Source of the DNA: Bdellovibrio sp.
GTDB lineage: Bacteria > Myxococcota > SpSt-1050
Length of the DNA: 64,000 nucleotides
Direction: 5' to 3'
Assembly: GCA_020725805.1 (NCBI GenBank)
Contig: DYEF01000072.1
Coordinates: forward strand, 148-64,147
Shown here: positions 39,394 through 48,997 of the stretch, in pieces
Position numbering within the stretch: the first letter of the stretch is position 1
Layout of the letters: each line of letters opens with the position of its first letter
The notes under the pieces: generated by a model
Database searches by the model: none
What the model was told of the DNA's origin: nothing
What the model saw: only the letters and a program-made list of their open reading frames with translations
Translations under genes and position numbers: made by a program

Positions 39394-40024
39394 GAATTTA
39401 GACAAGGAAAAGATTCTTGAGCTGATTATCAATACCCCGTGGCAGAAGAAGCTTCTGGTAATCGCCGGTGTAGTGGTTGCAATAGGCGTCCTCTTCTATT
39501 TTCTTGTAATCAGTCCCGCACTCAAGGATATCAACAAGCTCAAAAATCAGATCAAGGCTCTGGAAGCCACCTATGCCGAGAAACAGGGTATTGCCAATAA
39601 CCTTGCATCATTCAGGAGAGAGGTCGAGAAACTCAATCAGGACCTGAAGGATGCATTGACACTATTGCCCAATTCCGCAGAGATTCCCGAACTGCTCTCG
39701 AGACTCTCGGAAGTGCTCGAGAAGTCCGGACTCAAGATGGAGGTCTTCGAACTCGGTATGGAGTCACCTGCCGGATTCTATGCAAGGGTACCTATCAAGA
39801 TAGAGGTCTCCGGTTCTTTTCACGAGATTCTGGTCTTCTTTGACAAGGTCTCGAAACTCCCCAGAATAATCAATATTTCGGACATTACATTCAAGGACCC
39901 GACATTCAAGAATCAGAAGATGGTTCTGAAGGCTGAATTTCTGGCAACAACCTTCAGATTCATTGAAGGCCAGCAGCAGCAGACAGGTCAGGGTGGTGCT
40001 GCTCCGGTTATAATCAATAAGTAG
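39383..40024 (+). CDS. pilO: Type IV pilus assembly protein PilO
   Basis: TM, LPNSAEIPELL, FYARVPI, GSFH, LPRIIN. Confidence 0.93.
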   Translation: MQFKNLDKEKILELIINTPWQKKLLVIAGVVVAIGVLFYFLVISPALKDINKLKNQIKALEATYAEKQGIANNLASFRREVEKLNQDLKDALTLLPNSAEIPELLSRLSEVLEKSGLKMEVFELGMESPAGFYARVPIKIEVSGSFHEILVFFDKVSKLPRIINISDITFKDPTFKNQKMVLKAEFLATTFRFIEGQQQQTGQGGAAPVIINK

Positions 40025-40035
40025 AGGTTTATATA

Positions 40036-40545
40036 ATGAGAAGCTTATTTTTAATTATTTTGGTCTTACTGGTGGCTGCTCTTACCGGATGCTCTGGTAA
40101 GAGCGGAGGTGGTCCGGTTGTTCCGCAGCCTCAGGCTCAGGTCGAGGTAGATGCCGGTGTACAGGATGCACAGGTTGAAGAGGAAAACTATGTATATACT
40201 CCTGTCGGTAAAAGGGACCCTTTCAGGCCGTTCTTTCTGGATATAAAGGCTGTCAAGAAGGAGGACAGGGGGACACCTCTGACCGAACTTGAAACCTTTG
40301 ATATCGAACAGCTGAGGCTCACCTCCATAATCAGCGGTATCGAGCAACCTATGGCAATGGTGGAAGACCCTACAGGGAAGGGCCATACACTCATTGTTGG
40401 CACACCTGTTGGCAAAAACGGCGGCAGGGTAGCGAGGATCAAGAGAGATGAGGTAATTATTGAGGAAGAGTTCATAGATAGTGAAGGGAAGAGGATTGTA
40501 TCGAAGGTGGTTATGAGAATACCGGAAGAAAAGATTAACCCATAG
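40036..40545 (+). CDS. pilP: Type IV pilus lipoprotein PilP
   Basis: Lipobox LTGC, GKRDPF, LETFDIEQLRL, VGKNGG. Confidence 0.93.
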   Translation: MRSLFLIILVLLVAALTGCSGKSGGGPVVPQPQAQVEVDAGVQDAQVEEENYVYTPVGKRDPFRPFFLDIKAVKKEDRGTPLTELETFDIEQLRLTSIISGIEQPMAMVEDPTGKGHTLIVGTPVGKNGGRVARIKRDEVIIEEEFIDSEGKRIVSKVVMRIPEEKINP

Positions 40546-40559
40546 AAGGAGACTAAGTT

Positions 40560-42956
40560 ATGTATAAAAGCAGTTTAATTAAATCAGTTGTTTTTATCCT
40601 TGTTGTCCTTGCAGGCATGCTGGTTTATGCCGAATCGAGTCCGCCGGAGGATGCATCTCCCGGGATTTTGCTCAAGGACGTAAATCTAAAGAAGGACGGA
40701 GCCGCTCTCAGAATACTTATCAATACTGGCGCTGTTGTCCCCTATTATGTGACAATGGTGAATAATCCGCCCAGACTGGTGGTGGACCTCGAGAGGGTAA
40801 GAACGGAGAGAGGTCTCAAGGAGAAGAAGTTTTCGAGAATGCCTGTCGAAAAGATGAGAGTCGGTAAACATCAGGCATTTACGAGGCTCGTGTTCGACCT
40901 TGCAAAGGATACCGGTTATACCGATTTCTCAACCGCAATTGACAGCGGAAATATTGTAATCTCCGTTTATCCAAAAGCAGAACAGGAAATAAAAATAGAG
41001 CCGGTTACCAATGTGCTTGCTGCAAAACAGGAAAAGAAGGATATCGTTCAGGCAGATACAAAGTCTGTTCCTGAGGTCAAAAACGCCGAGGCAAAACCTT
41101 CTGTTAAGGAAGAACCGGTAGTTCAGCCGGAAAAGCCTCTAACACCCAAGACCACGGTAAAGAACGAGGAGAAGAAGAAAGAAGAGAAGGCTCCTGTGGC
41201 TGAGGAGAAATCGGCCAGTGAACAGGATAAGAAGATACAGCTTTCCGATATCAGCATCAAGCAGTTTAACGGCTATTCGAGGCTTATGATATCTTTTGAC
41301 AGCGAAAATATCGAGCATTCCATCATCAAGGAGACAGACAGGGAGATTCAGATAAAATTCAGTAAATGCAGGGTATCGGATGATGTCCCGTCAGTAATCA
41401 ATAAAGTTGAAAAATCAGGGCCTGTATCGGTTATTCAGCTCTCGAAGGATAAGAAGGCAGACGGCTCCTGTCTGGTATCGGTATATATGAAGGAGAAGGT
41501 ACCGCATCACCTTGTAAGGGAGAATAAGAATATCAACTGGGATTTCTATTATTCTGATAAGCCTCAGCAGATAAAATTTTCAGAGGAGATGGTTGCAGGC
41601 GACGAGAAAGGCGAGGCTCAGGAAAAATCTGATGACTCCTCCGATACAAAGAAGGTCTACAAAGGCAAGAGAATCAGTATGGATTTCAAGGATGCGAACA
41701 TACACAATATTCTGAGACTGATATCGGATGTTGCTAAGATAAATATTATTACAAGCGATGATGTCAAGGGTAATGTGACCGTTACTCTCAGGAATGTCCC
41801 GTGGGACCAGGCTCTTGAAATAATTCTCAAGACAAAGGGTCTCGGGATGAAGAAGACAGGCAATATTATCAGGGTAGCGCCTCTCGAGGTATTCCAGAAA
41901 GAGGCAGAGGCGGAGATGGCAAAGAAGAAGGCGCTCGATGCACTTGAACCCCTGAAGGTAAGACTGATTCCGGTCAATTACGGATATGCAAAAGACATAG
42001 TATCACAGGTAAAAGATGTGCTTTCTGACAGAGGAACGATCAATATCGACGACAGAACGAATGTGATTATTATTAAGGATAAAATTGAAAATATCATCAA
42101 GGCCGAAGGACTCATCAGAAGTCTGGATACACAGACTCCGCAGGTGCTCATCGAGGCCAGAATTGTGGAGGCAAATACCTCATTTATCAGAGATATCGGT
42201 ATTCAGTGGGGAGGCAATATGGTCTTTGCTCCCCAGTATGGTAATCCCACCGGACTTGCATTCCCGAATGTGGTTGGAATCAACGGTGGTGCTGATGATG
42301 CAAGGACGATGAACCAGCTGAGCGGTGTTCAGAATCCCGCAGGGTTTGCGGTAAATATGCCGGCGCCGGTCGGTGCAGGGGCAGGTGGTGCCATCGGATT
42401 CATACTCGGGAATGCGAGCGGTTCGGCAAACCTTAACCTGAGACTTTCGGCGCTCGAGAATACAGGTCATGTCAAGATACTTAGCGCTCCGCGTGTTACA
42501 ACGCTGGACAACAAAGAGGCCAAGATTTCATCCGGTGTGTCGATCCCGATATCACAGGTCTCTGCGGCAGGTGTTATGACGGTCTTTATAGATGCAAAAC
42601 TTGAACTTGCAGTGACTCCTCACGTTACTCAGGACGGGTCGATTATGCTCAAGATTGTCACGACAAAGAACGAGCCCGATTTCTCGCGAACCGGTGCACA
42701 GGGCGACCCGACAATTCTGAAGAAAGAGGCTTTCACTCAGGTTCTGGTCAAGGACGGAGATACAACTGTAATAGGCGGTATCTATACGAGGAGACAGGCT
42801 GAAGAGTATGCAAAGGTTCCTCTCTTATCGAATATTCCTGTTCTGGGCTGGTTGTTCAAGAAGAAGAAGAGTTCTGACGAGAGAACAGAGCTTCTGATAT
42901 TCATTACGCCGCGTATAGTCAACAGAGCAGAAGCCATTATGCAGCAGAAGGGTTAA
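40560..42956 (+). CDS. pilQ: Type IV pilus secretin PilQ with AMIN domains
   Basis: NPPRLVVDL AMIN, ISMDFKDA, VPWDQAL, QVLIEARIVE, IPVLGWLFK, ELLIFITPRI. Confidence 0.95.
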   Translation: MYKSSLIKSVVFILVVLAGMLVYAESSPPEDASPGILLKDVNLKKDGAALRILINTGAVVPYYVTMVNNPPRLVVDLERVRTERGLKEKKFSRMPVEKMRVGKHQAFTRLVFDLAKDTGYTDFSTAIDSGNIVISVYPKAEQEIKIEPVTNVLAAKQEKKDIVQADTKSVPEVKNAEAKPSVKEEPVVQPEKPLTPKTTVKNEEKKKEEKAPVAEEKSASEQDKKIQLSDISIKQFNGYSRLMISFDSENIEHSIIKETDREIQIKFSKCRVSDDVPSVINKVEKSGPVSVIQLSKDKKADGSCLVSVYMKEKVPHHLVRENKNINWDFYYSDKPQQIKFSEEMVAGDEKGEAQEKSDDSSDTKKVYKGKRISMDFKDANIHNILRLISDVAKINIITSDDVKGNVTVTLRNVPWDQALEIILKTKGLGMKKTGNIIRVAPLEVFQKEAEAEMAKKKALDALEPLKVRLIPVNYGYAKDIVSQVKDVLSDRGTINIDDRTNVIIIKDKIENIIKAEGLIRSLDTQTPQVLIEARIVEANTSFIRDIGIQWGGNMVFAPQYGNPTGLAFPNVVGINGGADDARTMNQLSGVQNPAGFAVNMPAPVGAGAGGAIGFILGNASGSANLNLRLSALENTGHVKILSAPRVTTLDNKEAKISSGVSIPISQVSAAGVMTVFIDAKLELAVTPHVTQDGSIMLKIVTTKNEPDFSRTGAQGDPTILKKEAFTQVLVKDGDTTVIGGIYTRRQAEEYAKVPLLSNIPVLGWLFKKKKSSDERTELLIFITPRIVNRAEAIMQQKG

Positions 42957-42976
42957 ATTTTTAGGAGGATTTACAT

Positions 42977-43732
42977 ATGAAAAAGTATATTTATATTCTT
43001 AGTCTCTTGGTGATTTCAGTTGCATCGTCAACCTGCGGACCGGAAGATTTCTATATTACGATTGCCGGTGTAAGACCGCCCGAGTCAGATTGCACTTATA
43101 AACCCGGAGAGGTCTTTCTTGCGTGGGGGACCGCTGATGCGACCCTTATTACCACAATCCATAATTACGGTTATGTGGCTGCTCTGCAGATTGAAAACAG
43201 ACTTCTGAATACAAAGGATGTCACCAAAAAGCCCGGTTCGATGGAAGACCTGCCTATGAGAACCGATACCAATATCGTAGTACTTAAAAAGGCAGTAGTA
43301 AATCTCAGAGGAGTTGTTGCGAGTGCCAACACTATGACGACCACCAAATACAAGAGCACCTATAATATGGAGATTTCTGAGACGGTAATCCCGTCTGCCG
43401 GTGATGACAAGACTCCGGGTAAGGCAATAGTGTTGCTCTCACTCGTCCCGAAGGAGAAACTGATTCAGCTGGAAGATTCACTTGGTGAATGGCCTACCGA
43501 CCCGTCTACCTATGTGGATATGATTGCTGAGGTTAATCTTGAGGGAGAGACCCTTGGCGGTGTTCCGGTCAAGACAAACAAGTTCAACTTCTATGTCAGA
43601 ATCTGTTACGGATGTCTGAATTATCTTGGCAATAAGACCCTTGGCGAATGTATGATGGATTCAAACTGCTCACTTGAGGGGAATGCCTGTATCCCCGGGC
43701 AGGATGGTTACATTAAGTGTTCGTGCAAATAA
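42977..43732 (+). CDS. Cys-rich putative lipoprotein downstream of pilQ
   Basis: AGGAGG RBS, signal peptide ending SSTC; C-terminal ICYGCL..C..C..CIPGQD..CSCK. Confidence 0.7.
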   Translation: MKKYIYILSLLVISVASSTCGPEDFYITIAGVRPPESDCTYKPGEVFLAWGTADATLITTIHNYGYVAALQIENRLLNTKDVTKKPGSMEDLPMRTDTNIVVLKKAVVNLRGVVASANTMTTTKYKSTYNMEISETVIPSAGDDKTPGKAIVLLSLVPKEKLIQLEDSLGEWPTDPSTYVDMIAEVNLEGETLGGVPVKTNKFNFYVRICYGCLNYLGNKTLGECMMDSNCSLEGNACIPGQDGYIKCSCK

Positions 43733-43738
43733 GTAAAG

Positions 43739-44287
43739 ATGCCTGACAATGAAGATAAAAAGACTCTCTCATCTATAGGTGTAATAAAGAAGACAGAAAA
43801 GATTATTCAGAAGGAAGAAGAACAGATCGGGGTTGAGGCTGATATACCGGTCGATGGTGACGAAATAACAAATTCGGATAGTCTTGCAGAAGGTTTGAAA
43901 TTAAACGAAAATATTTCTGCTGCCAGAACAGAGGAGAAAGAACCTGAAATAGAGATAAAGCCCAAAGAGAGCAAGGTACAGGTTTTTAATATATCCTCCG
44001 GGAAAATTATACAGAAAAATATAATTGATGATGAAAAACCTGCTGAGACAGTTATTAATGATAATGAGCAGAAGGCAAAGCCCGACCTGAGTTCTCTACC
44101 TTCTGTAAAAAAGACCAGACCGGCATTTGAATCTAACGATAAAAAATCTATCAATAAAAATTTTATGATTATAGTTGGTGTAATACTGGTAATTCTCGTC
44201 TTTCTGCTTATCTTCGTTTTTAAGGGCTTTTCTTCGAATCAGAAGAAGGAAGAGATTCAGTCTCCTGCCATCAATCTCTCCAAATGA
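43739..44287 (+). CDS. Hypothetical protein, charged low-complexity region with C-terminal TM
   Basis: 6 bp after the previous gene; single TM near the C-terminus. Confidence 0.6.
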   Translation: MPDNEDKKTLSSIGVIKKTEKIIQKEEEQIGVEADIPVDGDEITNSDSLAEGLKLNENISAARTEEKEPEIEIKPKESKVQVFNISSGKIIQKNIIDDEKPAETVINDNEQKAKPDLSSLPSVKKTRPAFESNDKKSINKNFMIIVGVILVILVFLLIFVFKGFSSNQKKEEIQSPAINLSK

Positions 44288-44328
44288 GTCATCAGACATA
44301 AAGAATAACTATTTCGGAGATAAACGAA

Positions 44329-45930
44329 TTACCTCGTGATAATATAATTGAACTTTTTTGGGGGAGATATAGTCTTTTTCTTCCTCAGATAGTTCTCAAA
44401 GAGGTCCCTTACAAGTGTCTGTGAAACGACCACATTCTCTCCGTTCTTGAATGTATCGAACCCGTCTCCGCCCGCATAAAGAAAATCATTGGTCAGAACA
44501 ACGAACTTATCGCTGCTTTTGATATCTTTTCCGTTTCTTGTAATTCTGGTAATCCTTTTCCCGACTTCCTTTGAATAATTGACATAGACAGTCAGTCCGC
44601 TAATCCCGAGAAGGTCGTCTGTCTCACCCGATGATGCACTCATCTCAAGAATATCCTTTATCTGCGAGCCTGTGAGCGTGAGCGAGACAATTGTATTGTC
44701 AAAAGGTATAATCTCATATACTTTTCCGTAGGTTACAGCCCCCTTCTTTATTCCGGACCTTATTCCGCCGGTGTTGTAAATGGCAATATCTGCATTGGTC
44801 CCCGGATATGTAAGCATAGCCTCTGTAATGATCTGTCCGAGGGGCAGTGTGTCTCCTGATGCTATTTCTATATCTTCCGTGGCATTGCAGATAATGTCTT
44901 TTTTGATTCTTTCGACAGAGATGATATAAGGCGCCAGCAGTTTTGCTACTTCCCTGTCCGGTTTCAGGCTCATCAGTTCATTGTTAAGAGTTGTTGTCTC
45001 CGTAAAGTAGACCGGGGAGACGGCCTTCGTCTTTTCGCTGATAAGTTTGCCGTCTTTTTCATTAAAGAAGAGGTCTATCCTTCCGTAGGATTTTCCGTAA
45101 GACCCCGGCTGAACAATCTGAATCCCGTTAACGGTAGCAGTCAGCGGATTATGTGTATGTCCGCCGAATATTGCGGCGATATCCTGAGGATTGAGTTCCT
45201 TTGCCATATCAAATATCTCACCGCTACATTCATTCTTTTCGCTGCACTTTCCGCCGGTATGGGAAAGAACGATGATCGTATTGACCTTCCTCTCCTTTAG
45301 CTCCGGAATAAGACCCTTTATCTCCTTTGCGGGTTCTGAAAAGTATAATCCCTTGATATTGTTGGGGTGTGTGGTTATAGGGGTAGATGTTGTGGTTACC
45401 CCGATTATTCCTATTCTGAGTCCCTTTCTTTCGACAATGGTATAAGGTCGCAGATTGGTCAGTCCGAACTGCTTATTGTTCTCCGAATAATATATATTGG
45501 CTGCTACAAAAGGGAAATTGGCACCGAGAATCCTTCTTTTCAGTGTCCCCTGAGGGTCTTTCGTAATATCGTCATATCCGAAATCCCATTCGTGATTCCC
45601 GATTGTGGCTGCATCGTAGTTGAGATAGTTGTAAAATTCAATCACGGCCTTCCCCTTTGAAAGGTTTGAGATGATCGAACCCTGCATCATATCCCCGCCG
45701 TCCAGAAGAATCAGGTTATCCGGATAATTCTCCCTTAAAAATTTTATGTGTGCTGCAATGATATCTATACCGCCAGCCGGCTGATTATTTATCTCTTTCG
45801 CTGGTCTCGGTTCGAATGAGCCATGGAAGTCAGATGTCTCTACAATGACTATATGCTGTGAAAAGGTTACGGATGTGCTTGCAATCAGAAGAAAGAATAT
45901 ATAGAATATATTTGCCGTAATTCTCTTCAT
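44329..45930 (-). CDS. Bifunctional metallophosphatase / 5'-nucleotidase
   Basis: Signal peptide; TSDFHG, LDGGD, GNHEWD, LSH, GGHTH, NTGGIR, PFDN, GGDGF. Confidence 0.92.
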   Translation of the reverse strand: MKRITANIFYIFFLLIASTSVTFSQHIVIVETSDFHGSFEPRPAKEINNQPAGGIDIIAAHIKFLRENYPDNLILLDGGDMMQGSIISNLSKGKAVIEFYNYLNYDAATIGNHEWDFGYDDITKDPQGTLKRRILGANFPFVAANIYYSENNKQFGLTNLRPYTIVERKGLRIGIIGVTTTSTPITTHPNNIKGLYFSEPAKEIKGLIPELKERKVNTIIVLSHTGGKCSEKNECSGEIFDMAKELNPQDIAAIFGGHTHNPLTATVNGIQIVQPGSYGKSYGRIDLFFNEKDGKLISEKTKAVSPVYFTETTTLNNELMSLKPDREVAKLLAPYIISVERIKKDIICNATEDIEIASGDTLPLGQIITEAMLTYPGTNADIAIYNTGGIRSGIKKGAVTYGKVYEIIPFDNTIVSLTLTGSQIKDILEMSASSGETDDLLGISGLTVYVNYSKEVGKRITRITRNGKDIKSSDKFVVLTNDFLYAGGDGFDTFKNGENVVVSQTLVRDLFENYLRKKKTISPPKKFNYIITR

Positions 45931-45949
45931 TGATAGGTGAGGATATCAC

Positions 45950-47083
45950 ATGAAAAGATTAAATAGAAGAAAATTTTTACAGTATTCAGCATTTTTTGCA
46001 GGCGGAATCATCTGTTCGAGATTTCTGAATGTCCCGCTTGTAAAGGAAGTATATGCTCAGGAGTTCGAAGCCAGTCTCTATGAGGCATCTTATTATCAGA
46101 AGACCGGAAAGAATATTGTCAGGTGCGGGATTTGTCCTCAGGAGTGTGAGGTTAATCCGGGAGGAAGGGGGTTCTGCGGAGTAAGGGAGAACAGGGGCGG
46201 AAAATATTATCTCATAGTTCATTCGAGACCCTGCTCGATGAATATTGACCCCATTGAAAAGAAGCCGCTATTTCACTACCTGCCCGGGGAGAAGGCATTT
46301 TCGGTTGCAACGGCCGGCTGCAATATTGCCTGTAAGTTCTGTCAGAACTGGGAGATATCGCAGTACAGACCCGAGAAGGTGCCATATATAAAGGCTTCTC
46401 CGTCAGAGATCGCGACTATGGCTTACGAAAAAGGTTGCAGGACAATTGCATATACATACTCCGAGCCTGTTGTATTCTTTGAATTTATGAGAGATACGGC
46501 AATTGAGGGAAATAAAAAAGGGATTAAGAGCGTGGTAATTACCAACGCTTATATAAATGAGAAGCCGCTTCTGGAACTTACAAAGATAGTTGGTGCGATA
46601 AAAGTGGATTTTAAGGCATTTAGGGATGATTTCTACAAAAATATATGCAGCGGTCAGCTCAGACCGGTTCTCAGGTCAATGGAACTCATAAAAAAGCAGG
46701 GCGTGCATCTGGAGATAGTTCATCTCACTATCCCGACCCTAAATGACTCCGAAAAGGAGATAAAAGAGATGTCAAGGTGGATAAAACAGAATCTTGGTGA
46801 ATTTGTACCTCTTCATTTCACAAGATTTCATCCTACATACAAGCTAAAAAATCTGCCTCCGACTCCTTCAGAGACACTTGTTAAGGCAAGGGAGATCGCA
46901 GTCTCAGAGGGATTGAAATATGTCTATACCGGTAATCTTCCCGGCAATGACGGAGAAAATACATATTGTCACAAGTGCGGTAAACTGCTGATAAGAAGAC
47001 TCGGTTTTTATATCAAGGAAAACAGGATAAAAAACGGTAAATGTCCGTTCTGCGGTGCGGATATCCCCGGTCTTTTTACCTGA
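45950..47083 (+). CDS. amrS: AmmeMemoRadiSam system radical SAM enzyme with Tat-like leader
   Basis: CGICPQEC..GFCGVR, DPIEKKPLFH, GCNIACKFCQNWEISQ, AYTYSEP, PLHFTRFHP; N-terminal NRRKFL. Confidence 0.9.
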   Translation: MKRLNRRKFLQYSAFFAGGIICSRFLNVPLVKEVYAQEFEASLYEASYYQKTGKNIVRCGICPQECEVNPGGRGFCGVRENRGGKYYLIVHSRPCSMNIDPIEKKPLFHYLPGEKAFSVATAGCNIACKFCQNWEISQYRPEKVPYIKASPSEIATMAYEKGCRTIAYTYSEPVVFFEFMRDTAIEGNKKGIKSVVITNAYINEKPLLELTKIVGAIKVDFKAFRDDFYKNICSGQLRPVLRSMELIKKQGVHLEIVHLTIPTLNDSEKEIKEMSRWIKQNLGEFVPLHFTRFHPTYKLKNLPPTPSETLVKAREIAVSEGLKYVYTGNLPGNDGENTYCHKCGKLLIRRLGFYIKENRIKNGKCPFCGADIPGLFT

Positions 47084-47294
47084 TATTTTACAGAAATGTA
47101 ATGTTACGAAGTCCTGTTTTTGCTGCCGGTTGCTTTTATAACTTATTGATATTATTGGTAAAATTAGCATAAGTTGTTTATAGGTGCCAGGCAGACTTTT
47201 TATATGCCGGGGTACTTTATTAAATTACGTGTAATATGATTGAATTTTGGTCAAAGATATGTATAAAGTCCATTAACCTTTATCGGAGGTTTTT

Positions 47295-48608
47295 ATGAAG
47301 GAGATATTAAAGAAGCTAAACGACAAATCTCTTGTAGTCGGAGTTGTGGGGCTTGGCTATGTGGGACTTCCGCTGTGTGATGTCTTTCTGAAAAATGGCC
47401 TGAGGGTGGTTGGTTTCGATATAGATAAAGAGAAGATCGGGATGCTCAGAAAAGGCAAGGTCTATATAAAACATCTCAGGAATCTCGATATAAAAAGTTA
47501 TGTGGATACGAAGAGGTTCATCCCCACAGATGATTTTTCCAGAGTAAAGATGACAGACCACATCTCTATATGTGTTCCTACGCCTCTCAATAAGAACAGA
47601 GAACCAGATATTTCATTTATTAAGGAGACCGTAAAGAGCATATTTCCGTATATTCATAAAAATATGTGTATTTCGCTAGAAAGTACTACATATCCGGGGA
47701 CCACCATCGAAGAGATTGTGATTCCCCTTGAAAAGGCTGGTTATAAAGTAGGGCGGGATATCTTTGTGGCATTCTCTCCGGAGAGAGAGGACCCCGGCAA
47801 CAAGAAGTTCCATACCGCAATTATTCCCAAGGTTGTAGGCGGACATACCAAAAACTGCACAGAAGTGGCGTCAAAAATATACAGTGTAGGTTTTTCGAAA
47901 GTGGTTAGCGTCTCCGATACGAGGGTTGCGGAGATGACCAAGATACTGGAGAATACCTACAGGGGAGTGAATATAGCTCTTGTAAACGAGCTGAAGATTG
48001 TCTGTCAGAAGATGGGGATTGATATATGGGAAGTTATCAGGGCTGCCTCGACAAAACCTTTCGGATTTCAGGCCTTCTATCCGGGTCCCGGACTCGGCGG
48101 ACACTGTATCCCGATAGACCCGTTTTATCTTACCTGGAAGGCACGGGAATTCGAGGTGGCTACCAGATTCATTGAACTCTCGGGTGAGATAAATACATCG
48201 ATGCCGTATTATGTGGTTGAGAAGACCGCAGAGGTCCTGAATATGCATAAAAAACCGCTTAAGGGGAGCAGAATTCTGATACTCGGAGTAGCATATAAGA
48301 AGGATATCGATGATATGAGGGAATCGCCTGCCATAAGGGTAATAGAAATTCTGAAAGAGAAGGGTGCGGAGGTCTTTTATCATGACGATTTCTTCCCGAA
48401 ATTTCCGAAACTCAGAGCTCACAAAATAAATATGAAGTCAAGCCGTCTTACAGCTGAATTTCTCAAAACCATTGATGCGGCAATTATCACAACTGACCAT
48501 TCTCACGTGGACTATGAATTCATTGCAAAGAATGTCGCGGTCCTTGTTGATACCAGGAACGCGACCGAAAAATTCAGGCACAGATACAGGAATATTTTTA
48601 TGGCATAA
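47295..48608 (+). CDS. Nucleotide-sugar dehydrogenase (UDP-N-acetyl-hexosamine 6-dehydrogenase, WbpA/WecC-like)
   Basis: GLGYVGLP, CVPTP, ESTTYPGTT, SPEREDPGN, GPGLGGHCIPIDP, DMRESPA. Confidence 0.93.
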   Translation: MKEILKKLNDKSLVVGVVGLGYVGLPLCDVFLKNGLRVVGFDIDKEKIGMLRKGKVYIKHLRNLDIKSYVDTKRFIPTDDFSRVKMTDHISICVPTPLNKNREPDISFIKETVKSIFPYIHKNMCISLESTTYPGTTIEEIVIPLEKAGYKVGRDIFVAFSPEREDPGNKKFHTAIIPKVVGGHTKNCTEVASKIYSVGFSKVVSVSDTRVAEMTKILENTYRGVNIALVNELKIVCQKMGIDIWEVIRAASTKPFGFQAFYPGPGLGGHCIPIDPFYLTWKAREFEVATRFIELSGEINTSMPYYVVEKTAEVLNMHKKPLKGSRILILGVAYKKDIDDMRESPAIRVIEILKEKGAEVFYHDDFFPKFPKLRAHKINMKSSRLTAEFLKTIDAAIITTDHSHVDYEFIAKNVAVLVDTRNATEKFRHRYRNIFMA

Positions 48609-48629
48609 CAGTTAATCGGGAGTATTGGT

Positions 48630-48974
48630 ATGAAGACTAAAGCAGTTCATTATTCCGAAATAAGCGAGAGCAGGGTTGAGATGGAGGATGCAAAGGATGT
48701 ATTCATAAGATGGCTTGTCTCGAAAGAGGATGATGCACCGAATTTTTATATGAGGCTTTTTACAATAAAGCCGGGAGGGCATACACCGCATCACAGCCAT
48801 AACTATGAACACGAGGTCTTTGTGCTCGAAGGAGAAGGCATTGTAAGAATCGATGGCAGCGAATATGTCCTGAGAAAAGGATTCACGGTAACTGTCCCGC
48901 CGGATCTTATGCACCAGTTCAGAAACAGTTCTGACTCAGACTTCAGTTTTCTGTGTATCATTCCCAAAGTCTGA
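48630..48974 (+). CDS. Cupin domain protein
   Basis: PGGHTPHHSHNYEHEVFVLEG..HQFRN. Confidence 0.9.
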   Translation: MKTKAVHYSEISESRVEMEDAKDVFIRWLVSKEDDAPNFYMRLFTIKPGGHTPHHSHNYEHEVFVLEGEGIVRIDGSEYVLRKGFTVTVPPDLMHQFRNSSDSDFSFLCIIPKV

Positions 48975-48997
48975 ATCCGTAGAAAAGGCAGGAGATT

